Assembly: GCA_013216135.1 (NCBI GenBank)
Contig: JABSOS010000004.1
Location: 79,939-143,938, forward strand
DNA: 64,000 bases
Source: Candidatus Caenarcanales bacterium
GTDB taxonomy: Bacteria; Cyanobacteriota; Vampirovibrionia; LMEP-6097
Direction of reading: 5' to 3'
The translations under genes and the position numbers were made by a program. Each line of letters opens with the position of its first letter. The first letter of the stretch is position 1. Below the pieces are notes generated by a model that worked only from the letters and a program-made list of their open reading frames with translations, did not search any database and had not been told where the DNA came from. Below are positions 46,897 through 57,487 of this stretch, piece after piece.

Positions 46897-47662
46897 TTGC
46901 TGCTTTTACAGCGAGTACTGCGACTAATCCAAATCCAACCTTGTTGATTAAGTCTGCAATATTATAGATTAATTCTCTAAGAACAATCGTTAACTGAGCT
47001 GCTTCTCCACCTGAACTTGTCAGACTTAAGAAATAGCCGATTGGGTATATAGCCCAACCTATGAAAATGAAGGTTCTCATGCTGAGTAAGCCTTCACCAA
47101 TTGATTTCGGTGCTGCTTTAGCACTTTCAGTTACTTCAGTGAATAGAACGCCTAAAATATAGACCCATGCGAGCATACTTATTAAAAATGCTACCCATCC
47201 AGTTTGCGTTGCAGCTCCTGCACTGTTGATAGATGTCTCACCGACATAACCAGCAACAATCATCACGATATCTGCTAATACTAAATTTTTGAGTAGTTGA
47301 CGTCCCTTTTCTTTTCCTAATCTAAGTAAAGCTGGGAATTTAACAAGTAATAACGGTGTAGTTACTAACCAATCTATATATCTAATTTCAGTAGGGAAGG
47401 TTAGTAGTGTATCAATGGAACCGTCAGTTCCTACGTAGTGTTTCATTGCTTGATAGTGAATAGCTGCAACAAATGTTACTAATGCAGCAACTGTTGCAGT
47501 GGATCTATATTTCTCTGGAAGCGAATTTCGCTCTACTAAGAAATATAGTGTACCTGCAGCCATGCCTACAAAGCCTACCCAGAACATGTATTGGGTAGCT
47601 AGTACTAGTGTATCCATGATTAAATACCTCCATTTATAGCTTGCCACGATTGATACAAACAA
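46877..47662 (-). CDS. Proteorhodopsin-family microbial rhodopsin, D-T-K motif (Lys at proton-donor position, Leu at tuning position)
   Basis: Helix C RYIDWLVTTPLLLVKF versus PR RYIDWLLTVPLLICEF. Helix G Schiff-base Lys in IYNIADLINKVGFGL. IGWAIYPIGYF. His in AAIHYQAM. The true start may be the internal MDTLVL ATG at about 47617. Confidence 0.85.
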   Translation of the reverse strand: MFVSIVASYKWRYLIMDTLVLATQYMFWVGFVGMAAGTLYFLVERNSLPEKYRSTATVAALVTFVAAIHYQAMKHYVGTDGSIDTLLTFPTEIRYIDWLVTTPLLLVKFPALLRLGKEKGRQLLKNLVLADIVMIVAGYVGETSINSAGAATQTGWVAFLISMLAWVYILGVLFTEVTESAKAAPKSIGEGLLSMRTFIFIGWAIYPIGYFLSLTSSGGEAAQLTIVLRELIYNIADLINKVGFGLVAVLAVKAASDAKEI

Positions 47663-47753
47663 TACCGGGCCTTTGCACTCACTTAAATATTCCTGTTGTT
47701 AATTTCGTTTTTTGGTTAAAAATATTTAATCTTCACTAGGCTTTGATTTGTTT

Positions 47754-48794
47754 CTAGTAACTATCCTTCGTGATTTTCACTTTGCCTCTAAACACATAAT
47801 AGATACAGCTTGTATACGCTAAAACTAGTGGCACACCTATAAGAGCTATGTTTAGCATGATTGCAAGAGTTTTCTGCGAGGATGATGAATTATATATATC
47901 CATAGTCCACTCTGGATTATTTGTACAATGAATTATTTCTGGAAATAGCCCTATGCCTACAAGCGAGGTTAAAGCTGCAATTGCAAAGCAGGATGATAGA
48001 AAAGCTCTGAATTCTCTTCCGTGATATATCTCTCTTGGAATATTTGCTATAGCAAGGATTCCAGAGAACGGTAATAGTAGCCATATGACATTTTCTTTGA
48101 AATGTTCATTAATATGAGGGACGTAGAGAAGAGTTATTACTGATACGAAAATGAAACTTAATGCAAAGAAAACCATGGAATAATGAAACCATTTCCTAGC
48201 TTTGTTTTGAAGTTTGCCCTCGTTCTTTAAGACTAAATAAATTGAACCATGCATCATAAAAAGTGCAAGAGTAAGTATCCCGGTACTGATGGAATATGGA
48301 TTTATTAAATCTGTAAAACCCATGGATAGTATCTTTGTTTTTGAAAATTGTACTCCCCAGATTATATTTCCCATTGAAATTCCTATTAGTAAAGCTGAGC
48401 TGATACTAGAGACGCTAAAACTAATATCCCAAAACTCTCTTGCCCAAGCTGCTTTGAATTTAGATCTAAATTCAATTGCAACTGCTCTAAAAATTAAGCT
48501 GAGTAAAAGAAGCATAAAGGCTGTATAGAAGCCAGAAAAGACTGATGCGTAAATTTCAGGGAAAGCGGCAAATGTAGCTCCCCCTCCGGTTACTAACCAA
48601 ACTTCGTTTCCATCCCATACTGGACCTATTGAATTTATCATTAACCTACGTTCGTGATCTGTCTTCGAAAAGAGGTGTAAGGCGCCTACTCCTAAGTCAA
48701 AGCCATCAAGAATGACATAACCTGTGAAAAGTGAGCCTACAATAATAAACCAAGTCAGGTTTAAATTTAAATTGTTCATGAAAAAATCTATCAT
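47754..48794 (-). CDS. cydB: Cytochrome bd ubiquinol oxidase subunit II
   Basis: N-terminus MIDFF..WFIIVGSLFTGYVILDGFDLGVGALHLF is typical of CydB. Immediately downstream of cydA. Confidence 0.8.
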   Translation of the reverse strand: MIDFFMNNLNLNLTWFIIVGSLFTGYVILDGFDLGVGALHLFSKTDHERRLMINSIGPVWDGNEVWLVTGGGATFAAFPEIYASVFSGFYTAFMLLLLSLIFRAVAIEFRSKFKAAWAREFWDISFSVSSISSALLIGISMGNIIWGVQFSKTKILSMGFTDLINPYSISTGILTLALFMMHGSIYLVLKNEGKLQNKARKWFHYSMVFFALSFIFVSVITLLYVPHINEHFKENVIWLLLPFSGILAIANIPREIYHGREFRAFLSSCFAIAALTSLVGIGLFPEIIHCTNNPEWTMDIYNSSSSQKTLAIMLNIALIGVPLVLAYTSCIYYVFRGKVKITKDSY

Positions 48795-50141
48795 TTAAAT
48801 TTTCTCCTTTAGGCTCTCTAAACTTTCAGGACCTGCTTTTATTTTTCTATTGAGAAGGAAAATAAACAAGAAAAATAACAAAATGTAAACTAGTGCAAAC
48901 ATAATTAGTGATGATAAAACCATATTCGACGTGACAGCTTCTGAAATTCCATCACTTGTTTTTAATAAGCCGTATACTATCCATGGTTGTCTACCTACTT
49001 CTGCTGTATACCAACCAACTTGATTTGCGATCTGTGGACCGAGTACAGAACTTATAAGTAAAGCGAGTAATATTTTATTGGTAAATAAAAAACCTTTAAA
49101 CCAAGCAAAGCAACTAAATACCGCAAGTCCAAACAGTCCCATACCTATAGCAACCATGATGTGATAGTACTGGAAAGTTAAATTTATTGGTGGTCTAAGT
49201 TCTTTAGGGAAAGCTTTTATTCCAGTTACTTCTTTATTGAAATCTCCTGAAAGTAAAAAACCAAGCATGCCAGGTATCCCAATCGCGTATGTTTTTTCTT
49301 TTTCTTCATCCACCCAACCTACTAAAGTTAAATCTGCTTTTGCTTTCTCTGGGAAATGACCTTCCATAGCTGCTAATTTTACGGGCTGATACTTACTTAC
49401 ATAGAGAGCACTTTCATGTCCAGAGAGGATTTGAGCGAACGAGCATATTAAAGCTATACACAGAGAAATCTTTAAGGACTTTCTAGCAAATTCTGTATGT
49501 ATTTTTTTGAATAAATAGAAAGCTGAAACACTAATAACTAACCAAGCACCTGCCTGCCAAGCTCCTAGAAGTACGTGAATTAATCTGTCTACTGATGATG
49601 GGTTAAATACCATTTGCCAGAAATCTAATATCTCGGCACGCGCGTTTATTCCTTCACCTACTATGTGATATCCAGTAGGGGTTTGCTGCCATGAATTTGC
49701 AACAACAATCCAGATTGCGCTAAATATTGAACCTAGTGCTACCATGCAGGTGGAAAAAAAATGTATCTCTTTACTTACTTTATCCCAGCCGAATAATAAA
49801 ATCGCTAGAAAGCCTGATTCTAAGAAGAAAGCAAAGACTCCTTCTGAGGCGAGGGCACTGCCAAATATGTCTCCCACGAACCTCGAATAAAATGCCCAGT
49901 TCGTTCCGAACTCAAATTCCATCACAATTCCCGTGGCGACCCCGATGGCAAAAGTTAAGGCAAATATTTTTACCCAGAATCTGGTCATTTGAAAATATAT
50001 AAGATCTTTAGTGCGTAAATATTGTGCTTCCATTATTACTAGTACTAGTCCAATACCAATACTGAGTGGTGGGTAAATATAGTGAAAAGCTATAGTTAAA
50101 GCGAACTGTAATCTAGATAAACTAAGAACATCTATGTCCAT
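48795..50141 (-). CDS. cydA: Cytochrome bd ubiquinol oxidase subunit I
   Basis: [25 protein letters not shown]-terminus and the Q-loop region KLAAMEGHF. Confidence 0.85.
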   Translation of the reverse strand: MDIDVLSLSRLQFALTIAFHYIYPPLSIGIGLVLVIMEAQYLRTKDLIYFQMTRFWVKIFALTFAIGVATGIVMEFEFGTNWAFYSRFVGDIFGSALASEGVFAFFLESGFLAILLFGWDKVSKEIHFFSTCMVALGSIFSAIWIVVANSWQQTPTGYHIVGEGINARAEILDFWQMVFNPSSVDRLIHVLLGAWQAGAWLVISVSAFYLFKKIHTEFARKSLKISLCIALICSFAQILSGHESALYVSKYQPVKLAAMEGHFPEKAKADLTLVGWVDEEKEKTYAIGIPGMLGFLLSGDFNKEVTGIKAFPKELRPPINLTFQYYHIMVAIGMGLFGLAVFSCFAWFKGFLFTNKILLALLISSVLGPQIANQVGWYTAEVGRQPWIVYGLLKTSDGISEAVTSNMVLSSLIMFALVYILLFFLFIFLLNRKIKAGPESLESLKEKI

Positions 50142-50266
50142 ATATTAAACTTACTCTTTTGAAATACTTCATTATCCTCCTATGTCCTTTCAGGTATATT
50201 TGAGGTGCTGAATATCAGTGTTTTGCAATGATTTTCACTAAAATGTAATGCTAAAATAATATTCTC

Positions 50267-52114
50267 ATGTTACTCACTGGAGCAAGACCAAAAGCAAGAG
50301 CAATGAAAAATAAACCTCTTCCTGATGAGCTTATGTTCGATAGTTCTGGTACAGCTTTATTAACAGCTATCGAATATCTTCTCGCTAGACCTCAGTATGA
50401 AAAAGATTTTGATGATGATTTTTCTGAGAATGAGATAAATCTTAACCGTGCCTTAGCAGCTACAGCCTCTTTATTAAAATCGAAGGATTATTCAGAAGCT
50501 ACGGTAAAAAAACTAATCGAGGATAACAGCTTAAATGCTTTAATCCAAAATCTATTAATTAAAGGAATAGACGATTCTATAAACTCAGGTGACCATAATG
50601 GTTCTGTTGATATGATGAAGGCTTACTTTAGACTTAGCCTTGATTTCTATAGTATGGGCTTTGAAGACTTTTTAAAGCTTGGAGATAGTTTGTTTAAGAC
50701 TTATACTGGCACCAGTAAAGAGCATAAGAGAATTATACAGGCTATAGTTAAATCTAGAAGTATAGCTCCTGATTTTGAAAAGGATTATGAGGAAAGACAA
50801 ACAGCTGGCTTTGGTACAGCAAGGGTTTTCCAAAAAGGTATAGTGAAAGCTATGAGAGGCTTACTTAATTACACTACTGATAAAAAGTTTCTCGCCACTA
50901 AAATTTTAATTCTAGGAGCAGGTCCAGCAGGGATGTTGACAGCAAGAACCCTTGCTGAAGTTGGTTTTACAAACATTCAGATACTGGATGAAAGTGGAAA
51001 GTTTAATGGTGTCTGGAAAATGAATTCTTTAAGTAAAGGTACTATTAATAATCCTTTTAATATTAACTTCCTTGGGATTAGGCTTCCAGCCTCCACCGGT
51101 CAGCAAGGTTCAGGAGCTAAACTTATTAATTTTTTAGAGCAAGTTGTAAATGGTAAGAAAGATATAAATGGTGAAAGAATAAAAAACTATTTTTGGTCTC
51201 TAATGCCTGAGCTTATTAAAGCGAAGATTAAAACTGTTAAAGCTGGAAACCTAGAACATGAAGTGCAGTATTTAGACGAAAATTTAGAGCTGAAATCTGT
51301 TGAAGCACCTATAGTTATTAACGCTTTAGGCTTAGGGCAACCGCTGGATCTCTGTGCCAAAGATGCTCCTATGAAAACATCTACACCTAAATTATCTGGT
51401 TCTAGATGGCAGATTCAAATCTCAGATAAGCAAGCTGAAAATTTAAATGATAAACATTTGACTTTAATCGGGCTTGGGAATAGTACTATCGAAATGCTGA
51501 TGCAAATTCATGAGTGTAACAGTAAGGGCTGCAATATTAAATATAAAGTTCTTACTCATTATCCAGAAGCAAGTGTGCAAAATCCTGATCAATACATTGA
51601 ATATGAAGGAAGAGAGTATCGAGTTTTTAGAGATTTGAAAAAGTCAAACTTAGTTGATTTAGAGGGAGATATAGCTCCAGCTAGAGAAGCTTATATGAAA
51701 GCATTAGAGGATAATAATATAATCTCAGATGTAGTTGAGTGGAAGCGAAGTCTGGAAGGTAAAGTAACTTTTGTGAAGTTAAGAAATGGAAATGCTATTG
51801 AAGTTCCAACTGATAAACAGCTTACCTTAACCGGTTATAAGCCGAGTAAAGAACTTTACCAGCAGATGAATATTCATCTAGATAGTGATAGCTGTCCATT
51901 ATATGACTATGATGGTGAAATCCAAAGGCTTGAAAATGAACAAGAAAATGACGGTAGAACTTATAAAGGTTACTCATTAATCGGTGCTGTTAGAGCAAAT
52001 AATCATGAGCCAAATGCACTTGTTATTCCAGGAATTATGGATTCTTTGCCTAAGCTAGTTTTTAACACCATTTTAAGAACCATAGATTTTAGCTATTCCG
52101 CAAAAAACAAGTAG
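50267..52114 (+). CDS. Hypothetical protein with FAD/NAD(P)-binding Rossmann domain (flavin-dependent oxidoreductase/monooxygenase-like)
   Basis: 615 aa. KILILGAGPAGMLTARTL ... ILDESGKFNGVW dinucleotide-binding motif in the middle. Confidence 0.5.
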   Translation: MLLTGARPKARAMKNKPLPDELMFDSSGTALLTAIEYLLARPQYEKDFDDDFSENEINLNRALAATASLLKSKDYSEATVKKLIEDNSLNALIQNLLIKGIDDSINSGDHNGSVDMMKAYFRLSLDFYSMGFEDFLKLGDSLFKTYTGTSKEHKRIIQAIVKSRSIAPDFEKDYEERQTAGFGTARVFQKGIVKAMRGLLNYTTDKKFLATKILILGAGPAGMLTARTLAEVGFTNIQILDESGKFNGVWKMNSLSKGTINNPFNINFLGIRLPASTGQQGSGAKLINFLEQVVNGKKDINGERIKNYFWSLMPELIKAKIKTVKAGNLEHEVQYLDENLELKSVEAPIVINALGLGQPLDLCAKDAPMKTSTPKLSGSRWQIQISDKQAENLNDKHLTLIGLGNSTIEMLMQIHECNSKGCNIKYKVLTHYPEASVQNPDQYIEYEGREYRVFRDLKKSNLVDLEGDIAPAREAYMKALEDNNIISDVVEWKRSLEGKVTFVKLRNGNAIEVPTDKQLTLTGYKPSKELYQQMNIHLDSDSCPLYDYDGEIQRLENEQENDGRTYKGYSLIGAVRANNHEPNALVIPGIMDSLPKLVFNTILRTIDFSYSAKNK

Positions 52115-52661
52115 TTAAATGATCATCAACTAAGCCAACTGCTTGCATGTAAGCGTAAATAATAGTTGAACCGACAAAACTCATACCTCGTTTCTTTAAA
52201 TCCTTTGATATAGCATCACTGATCTCTGTTGTGACTGGAACATCTTCAAACTTTTCCCAGTAATTATAAATTTGTTTTCCTGAGACATAAGCCCATAAGT
52301 ATTTATCAAATGAACCAAATTCTTTTTGGATATTTAAAAATACCAGCGCGTTTTTTCTTGTACTGTAGATTTTTAATCTGTTACGAATAATTCCTTCATC
52401 TTCTCTTAGGGCTTCTAGCTCTTCGTCACTCATCTTTGCAACTTTTTTCGGATCAAAACCTTTAAATGCTCTGCGGTAGCCTTCTCTTTTTTTTAAAACG
52501 GTTTCCCAGCTTAAACCTGCTTGAGCACCTTCTAGAATAAGCATCTCGAAAAGCTTTATGTCATCATGAACGGGCACTCCCCACTCTGTATCATGATATT
52601 CAGCGTAAAGTTCTTGACCTGGTTTATTACCAAAGCATCTATTTTTAACTACTTCTTCCAC
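52089..52661 (-). CDS. tag: DNA-3-methyladenine glycosylase I
   Basis: RCFGNKPGQELYAEYHDTEWGVPVHDD..LFEMLILEGAQAGLSWETVLKKRE matches the Tag family. Confidence 0.8.
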   Translation of the reverse strand: MEEVVKNRCFGNKPGQELYAEYHDTEWGVPVHDDIKLFEMLILEGAQAGLSWETVLKKREGYRRAFKGFDPKKVAKMSDEELEALREDEGIIRNRLKIYSTRKNALVFLNIQKEFGSFDKYLWAYVSGKQIYNYWEKFEDVPVTTEISDAISKDLKKRGMSFVGSTIIYAYMQAVGLVDDHLTTCFLRNS

Positions 52662-52664
52662 GAT

Positions 52665-53291
52665 TTATTTCTCAAAACTCTTATAAAAAATATTTACTAC
52701 TTTCTCAGCAAGTTCATCTTTGTATTTGTTACTAGCAGTAACCTTAAAACCAAGCATTGTTTGGAAATGTTTCTTTGTTTTTAACATTGTGTAGAAAATA
52801 TCAGCTGCAAATTCGGGGTCATTGACTTTTAGATATTTCTTTACATGCTTCTTCTTGAAATAATCTTCAAGCATAGTCAGCATTGCTTGAGGACCGCTCT
52901 TGTAGAAAAGCTTAGGGATGTCACTTTCACCTGAGATTGCTTCACTCATAACAAGTGTATGCATATGTATAACATCCTCGCTAAATAAAAGGTCTAAAAA
53001 ACTTATTGCCAGAATTTTCAAGAATTTCTTTGGGTGGAGGTTAGTGTCTTCGATCATTTCTACACTGGGTTTATGTTCAAGACACTTATCTGTAATGATT
53101 GATGAGAATAATTCGTCTTTATTCTTAAAATATCTGTATATAGTTTGTTTTGTTACAGAAGCAGCCTTAGCGATTTGATCTAAGCTTACTTTCGTATAGC
53201 CTTTTTCCATAAAGAGTTCTGCTGCGCAATCTTTTATCGCTTCTACTTTAGCGGGATCAATTGGTCTTCCTCTTTTTTTAGCTTCTATCAT
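52665..53291 (-). CDS. TetR-family transcriptional regulator (likely efflux operon repressor)
   Basis: HTH GYTKVSLDQIAKAASVTKQTIYRYFKNKDELF. Stop overlaps the start of the RND pump gene. Confidence 0.8.
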   Translation of the reverse strand: MIEAKKRGRPIDPAKVEAIKDCAAELFMEKGYTKVSLDQIAKAASVTKQTIYRYFKNKDELFSSIITDKCLEHKPSVEMIEDTNLHPKKFLKILAISFLDLLFSEDVIHMHTLVMSEAISGESDIPKLFYKSGPQAMLTMLEDYFKKKHVKKYLKVNDPEFAADIFYTMLKTKKHFQTMLGFKVTASNKYKDELAEKVVNIFYKSFEK

Positions 53292-56200
53292 GCAAACCTT
53301 TTAGCTTTAGTAAAAATTAAAAACAGTGCTGGACTAAAATAGAATGAAATAACTGTCGATAATACTATACCACCTGCTATTGCTATTGAAAATGAGTCCC
53401 AGAAATCTCCTTCTGATAGCAGTAATGGCATAAAACCTACAAAAGTGGTTAATGTAGTAGAAACTATATGAGTACTTGATTCCATTACTATATCTTGGAT
53501 ACTTTTTATATCTCCATCTTTAGCTTTTTCTTCTTCTTTTAGTAGGCTGAGAATTATGATACTTGCATTGATTGCTATACCTAAAAGTCCCATGCTGGCA
53601 ATTATTGCTGTAAAGCCTAAGTTCTGATTGAAGGTGAATAGACTTAAGAAGGCAAGCCCAAAAGATAAGCCAGCGACAAGGAAAATTATTAAAGCAAGCC
53701 TAATGGAGCTAAAACTTAGTATTACTATGCTTAGCATTATAGTCATTAAAATATTGATTTTTGAAGTTAAGCCGCCTACGGCTTCTCCTCTTTCTTCCTC
53801 TTCACCACCATATTTAAGTTCAAAGCCATAAGGAAGCAAGTCTTGGTCACATTCAATTATCTTTTTGATTTTGCCAAAGACAGTTGCAGGCAGTACCCCA
53901 TACTCTAAGTAGCCTTGGACTAGGTTGTACCTTTTAAGGTTTTTTCTGGAGATATTCTCTAGCGCTGGCTCTAAGCTAAATGTTCCAATAGATGAGAGTG
54001 GAATATTATTAAGTTTTTCATCGAAGGATAGATTTGTGGTTCTGAGATCACTAAGTTTTGATCTTTCAAGCGCACTTAGTCTAACTCTAATTGGTATGCT
54101 TTCATTTTCTTCAAGTACGGAACCTGCTTCTAAACCTAGAAATCTTGATCTAACTAGATTCACTACAGTGTTTAAATCAAAGCCTAGTGCTTTGATCTTT
54201 TCTTCGTTAGGAATAAATACAATCTTCTTTTCACCTGCTTGAATTGATGCTTCTGAAAATATTATTTCTGGAACAGTAGAGAGTTTCAGCCTAATCCTTT
54301 CTCCAACTTCTCTAAGTTTTTCGATATCACTACCGAAGACTTGAATTTCGATTGGAGCTTTAAATGGTGGACCTTGTTCAAGTTTATTTACTTGAACTTT
54401 AATTTCAGGAAATTTTTCACTGAGTTTATTTTGTAAAAGAGGAATAAGGTTTTTTACATCTTGTATGCTTTTAGCTGTAACCATAGCTTGGGCATAGTGT
54501 GGGCTTAAATCTCTATCCGCTATTAGATTGTAGTAAAAAGATGGAATACTCTTCCCTATTTGCCAGTCGATATTCTTAATCTTTTTATACTCTTCTAATT
54601 CTTTATTAATAAGCTTTGTATATTTTTCAGTTTCTGCGATTGATGTCTGAGTAAGAAGCTTAAGCTCAATGTGGAATTGATTCCTATCAGCTGGTGGGAA
54701 GAACTGAACAGGTAGTTGTGTTACGGTTATAAAACCGAGAATTGCTATTAAAGAGCTTAGAGCTATAGAAAGTATAGGTCTTTTTAAGCTTGATTCTAAG
54801 CTTTTGTAGAATAATTCTTTAAGCTTTTTGAATCTTGTTCCCAGGTTGATTTTGAAACTGTATCTTGAAAGTTTTAATTTGTTTATTTCAATAAAAATAG
54901 GTGGGATTAAAATTATGGAGATTATATAAGAACTGATAAGTGAGCAGATTACACTTATCGCGATAGCTCCTACAAATTCTCCAGCAGGTCCTGGTAGCAA
55001 AGCTATAGGAGCAAAAGCAAGTATAGTCGTTAATGTGGAACTCAGTAGTGGTACCCATAATATTGTCATGGGTTTGAGAATATAATTTTCTCCAGGCTTT
55101 GAACGTTTTTTCTCGAGGGCGATAGCATCGACAATTACTATCGCATTATCTACTAGTAAACCAAGGGCAACGATTAAGCCTGTGACAGACATTTGGTGGA
55201 TTGGAATGCCTAGTAAACTTAGCATAAACATAGTCAGTAAGACTGTAAGTGGAATACTGAGTGAAACTATTACTGCTGGCTCTAAGCCTAGTGTTATGAA
55301 AAGTATGGCTATGACTGCTATAGCACCTATAAGTAAATTGCCGATAAGACTACTTAGTCTATCTTTGATATAGTTGTTTTGATCAAAGATTATTTCCAGT
55401 TCAATAGGCTTAGAAAAATTATTTTTGAATTTATCTAACTTTTCATAGATTTTTTCAGACCAACGCTCAACTCTTTGATCAGCATTAACTCTAATTGCAA
55501 TGAATATTGCTTTGTCATCATTCCTATAGGATATTTCATCTTTAGGTTCTTTAATACTTTTATAGACTTTAGCCAAGTCTGTAACTCTTATTTGATTATT
55601 ATTGCTATCGCTGAATACTGGAACCTCTTTTACTCTTGAGATTGAATCAAGTTCACCCTGAAGGTCTAAGAGTTTATTTTGGTAAGAATATAACTGTCCA
55701 GCTGTTTTTTTTGTATCTGCTGCTAGTAAAGCATTTGCAATTGAGTTGATATTGGTATTATATTTATCTAGCTTAGCTTTATTTACTTCGACTAAAATTT
55801 CTTCCTCCGCTGCACCGAAGACTCTGACTATATCCGTGCCACTAACTTTTCTTAGGGAGTCACTTAAATCTTTTGCAAGTCTACCTAAGATTCTTTCATT
55901 AACGTTAGTTTCATCTGTCCACTTTAAAGCTGTAATAATAGTATATGCATAGCCTCTTTCATCATCAAAGATTGGATCAAAAGCGTCTTGGGGGAGTTTA
56001 GGTTTAGCATTGTCTAATTTATCTCTGAGTTTAGAAAAGACTAAGTCTGTGTCATTGACAGTATCCTCAAGGGCTATATTGATGAAAGAAAAACCTGTTC
56101 TTGAATTTGAGGTAATTTCTTTTACTTCTGAAACTTCTGCTAATTCTTTTTCAATCGGTTCTGTGATTAAAGATTCAATTTTTTCAGCGCTGACTCCTGG

Positions 56201-56347
56201 ATATCTGGTGATAACTATTGCTTGACGATTTGTTATTACTGGGTCTTCTAATATCGGTAAATTTAGTATGGAATTAATTCCAGTGACTATGATAAGTGAT
56301 ATTACTAGATACATTAGGTATCTATTTTTGATGATGAATTTTTCCAT
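53288..56347 (-). CDS. RND-family efflux transporter permease (HAE1/AcrB-like)
   Basis: 1019 aa. 12-TM architecture with two large periplasmic loops. Confidence 0.9.
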   Translation of the reverse strand: MEKFIIKNRYLMYLVISLIIVTGINSILNLPILEDPVITNRQAIVITRYPGVSAEKIESLITEPIEKELAEVSEVKEITSNSRTGFSFINIALEDTVNDTDLVFSKLRDKLDNAKPKLPQDAFDPIFDDERGYAYTIITALKWTDETNVNERILGRLAKDLSDSLRKVSGTDIVRVFGAAEEEILVEVNKAKLDKYNTNINSIANALLAADTKKTAGQLYSYQNKLLDLQGELDSISRVKEVPVFSDSNNNQIRVTDLAKVYKSIKEPKDEISYRNDDKAIFIAIRVNADQRVERWSEKIYEKLDKFKNNFSKPIELEIIFDQNNYIKDRLSSLIGNLLIGAIAVIAILFITLGLEPAVIVSLSIPLTVLLTMFMLSLLGIPIHQMSVTGLIVALGLLVDNAIVIVDAIALEKKRSKPGENYILKPMTILWVPLLSSTLTTILAFAPIALLPGPAGEFVGAIAISVICSLISSYIISIILIPPIFIEINKLKLSRYSFKINLGTRFKKLKELFYKSLESSLKRPILSIALSSLIAILGFITVTQLPVQFFPPADRNQFHIELKLLTQTSIAETEKYTKLINKELEEYKKIKNIDWQIGKSIPSFYYNLIADRDLSPHYAQAMVTAKSIQDVKNLIPLLQNKLSEKFPEIKVQVNKLEQGPPFKAPIEIQVFGSDIEKLREVGERIRLKLSTVPEIIFSEASIQAGEKKIVFIPNEEKIKALGFDLNTVVNLVRSRFLGLEAGSVLEENESIPIRVRLSALERSKLSDLRTTNLSFDEKLNNIPLSSIGTFSLEPALENISRKNLKRYNLVQGYLEYGVLPATVFGKIKKIIECDQDLLPYGFELKYGGEEEERGEAVGGLTSKINILMTIMLSIVILSFSSIRLALIIFLVAGLSFGLAFLSLFTFNQNLGFTAIIASMGLLGIAINASIIILSLLKEEEKAKDGDIKSIQDIVMESSTHIVSTTLTTFVGFMPLLLSEGDFWDSFSIAIAGGIVLSTVISFYFSPALFLIFTKAKRFA

Positions 56348-57477
56348 TATGAATTCTTTAATTTAACTCTTTGTCCGGGTACTAATTTATGAGTGCCATG
56401 CTTTACGATAAGATCTCCATTCTTGATAGGTCCTTTTACGTAAGCACCTGTATCGCTGAGGTGAATTATTTCGACTGGAAGATTTGTAATTTGATATTGA
56501 GTATCATCTTCACTGTTTAATTTCATAAGATTCCACAATCCTCTCACCCCTTGTGATAAAGCTTCTTGTGGGATGTAAAACACATCATCAAGAACTGATT
56601 TGCTGAGTTTCAGATAGACAAACTCTCCTTCACTAAACTCTATCTTTGGATTTAAACCGAAGACTGCTGTTACTGTTCTTTGACTGGGATCTAGATTTGG
56701 TAAAAATGAATTTAAGCGAGCTTCGAAGTTTTGATTTTCTAAACTAAAATTGTAAATTCCACCTTGTTTGAAAATGAGTTTTTGATTAGATGGGATGCCG
56801 ACTCTGATTTCAGGTTGATTGTTTTCAAAAATTGAAATTACTGGTGTTCCTGGATTAATAATCGCTCCATCATCTAAGACTTTGTTACTAAGCTTGCCGC
56901 TAAAAGGAGCAACGATATACGCTTTGCTGATATCACTATCAATAATATCTATTTGTGCATTTAGACTATCTAATTCAGAAAACTTGGATTGATAGTTAAA
57001 GTTACTCTCATCGTATTCCTGTCTTGAAATTGCACCTTGAGCTTCAAGTTTTTTTGCTCTATCCTTAGTGACTTTAAGTAGTTTCATTTGGTATTCCACT
57101 TGATTCTTTTGAGCAATTATTTTTCTTCTTTGCGCTTCTAATTTTTCAGTATTTAAAGCTGCAATTGTAGTTCCCTTATTAACAAAATCACCATCGTCGT
57201 AATAAAATTCTGCTATAGTTCCAGCAAGCTCAAAGCTTAAATCTGTTTTACGTTTTGAGTAGACTCTACCGGGGTAACTAAATTCGATAGGATATGAGCT
57301 TTGCTCTTTTAACTCTAGTCCTTCAATTATTTCTAAGTTCCTATCCGTTTCAACTTTCCTTCCTTTGAAGAAAAATACCCCTACGAGTAGTGGGATTAGA
57401 AGGATTATTGCGATTAATTTAATAAATTTGTTTTTCATGGGTTTATCATACCGTTTAGTATGGTATATAATTATCAT
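56347..57477 (-). CDS. RND efflux periplasmic adaptor (membrane fusion protein)
   Basis: N-terminal TM, then coiled-coil, lipoyl and beta-barrel signature. Precedes the pump gene. Confidence 0.8.
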   Translation of the reverse strand: MIIIYHTKRYDKPMKNKFIKLIAIILLIPLLVGVFFFKGRKVETDRNLEIIEGLELKEQSSYPIEFSYPGRVYSKRKTDLSFELAGTIAEFYYDDGDFVNKGTTIAALNTEKLEAQRRKIIAQKNQVEYQMKLLKVTKDRAKKLEAQGAISRQEYDESNFNYQSKFSELDSLNAQIDIIDSDISKAYIVAPFSGKLSNKVLDDGAIINPGTPVISIFENNQPEIRVGIPSNQKLIFKQGGIYNFSLENQNFEARLNSFLPNLDPSQRTVTAVFGLNPKIEFSEGEFVYLKLSKSVLDDVFYIPQEALSQGVRGLWNLMKLNSEDDTQYQITNLPVEIIHLSDTGAYVKGPIKNGDLIVKHGTHKLVPGQRVKLKNS

Positions 57478-57487
57478 ACCACTTAGT

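Noticed and set aside
53288-56347. Five small plus-strand ORFs inside the RND pump gene, and similar antisense ORFs inside htrA, RT1, the LRR gene, cydAB and the 866-aa gene
   Set aside because: Low-complexity antisense translations within strongly supported genes. No independent support.
57365-57487. Longer start for the TolC-like gene at 57365
   Set aside because: It would overlap the convergent adaptor gene by 112 bp and add a non-signal N-terminus. The ATG at 57488 gives a canonical signal peptide.
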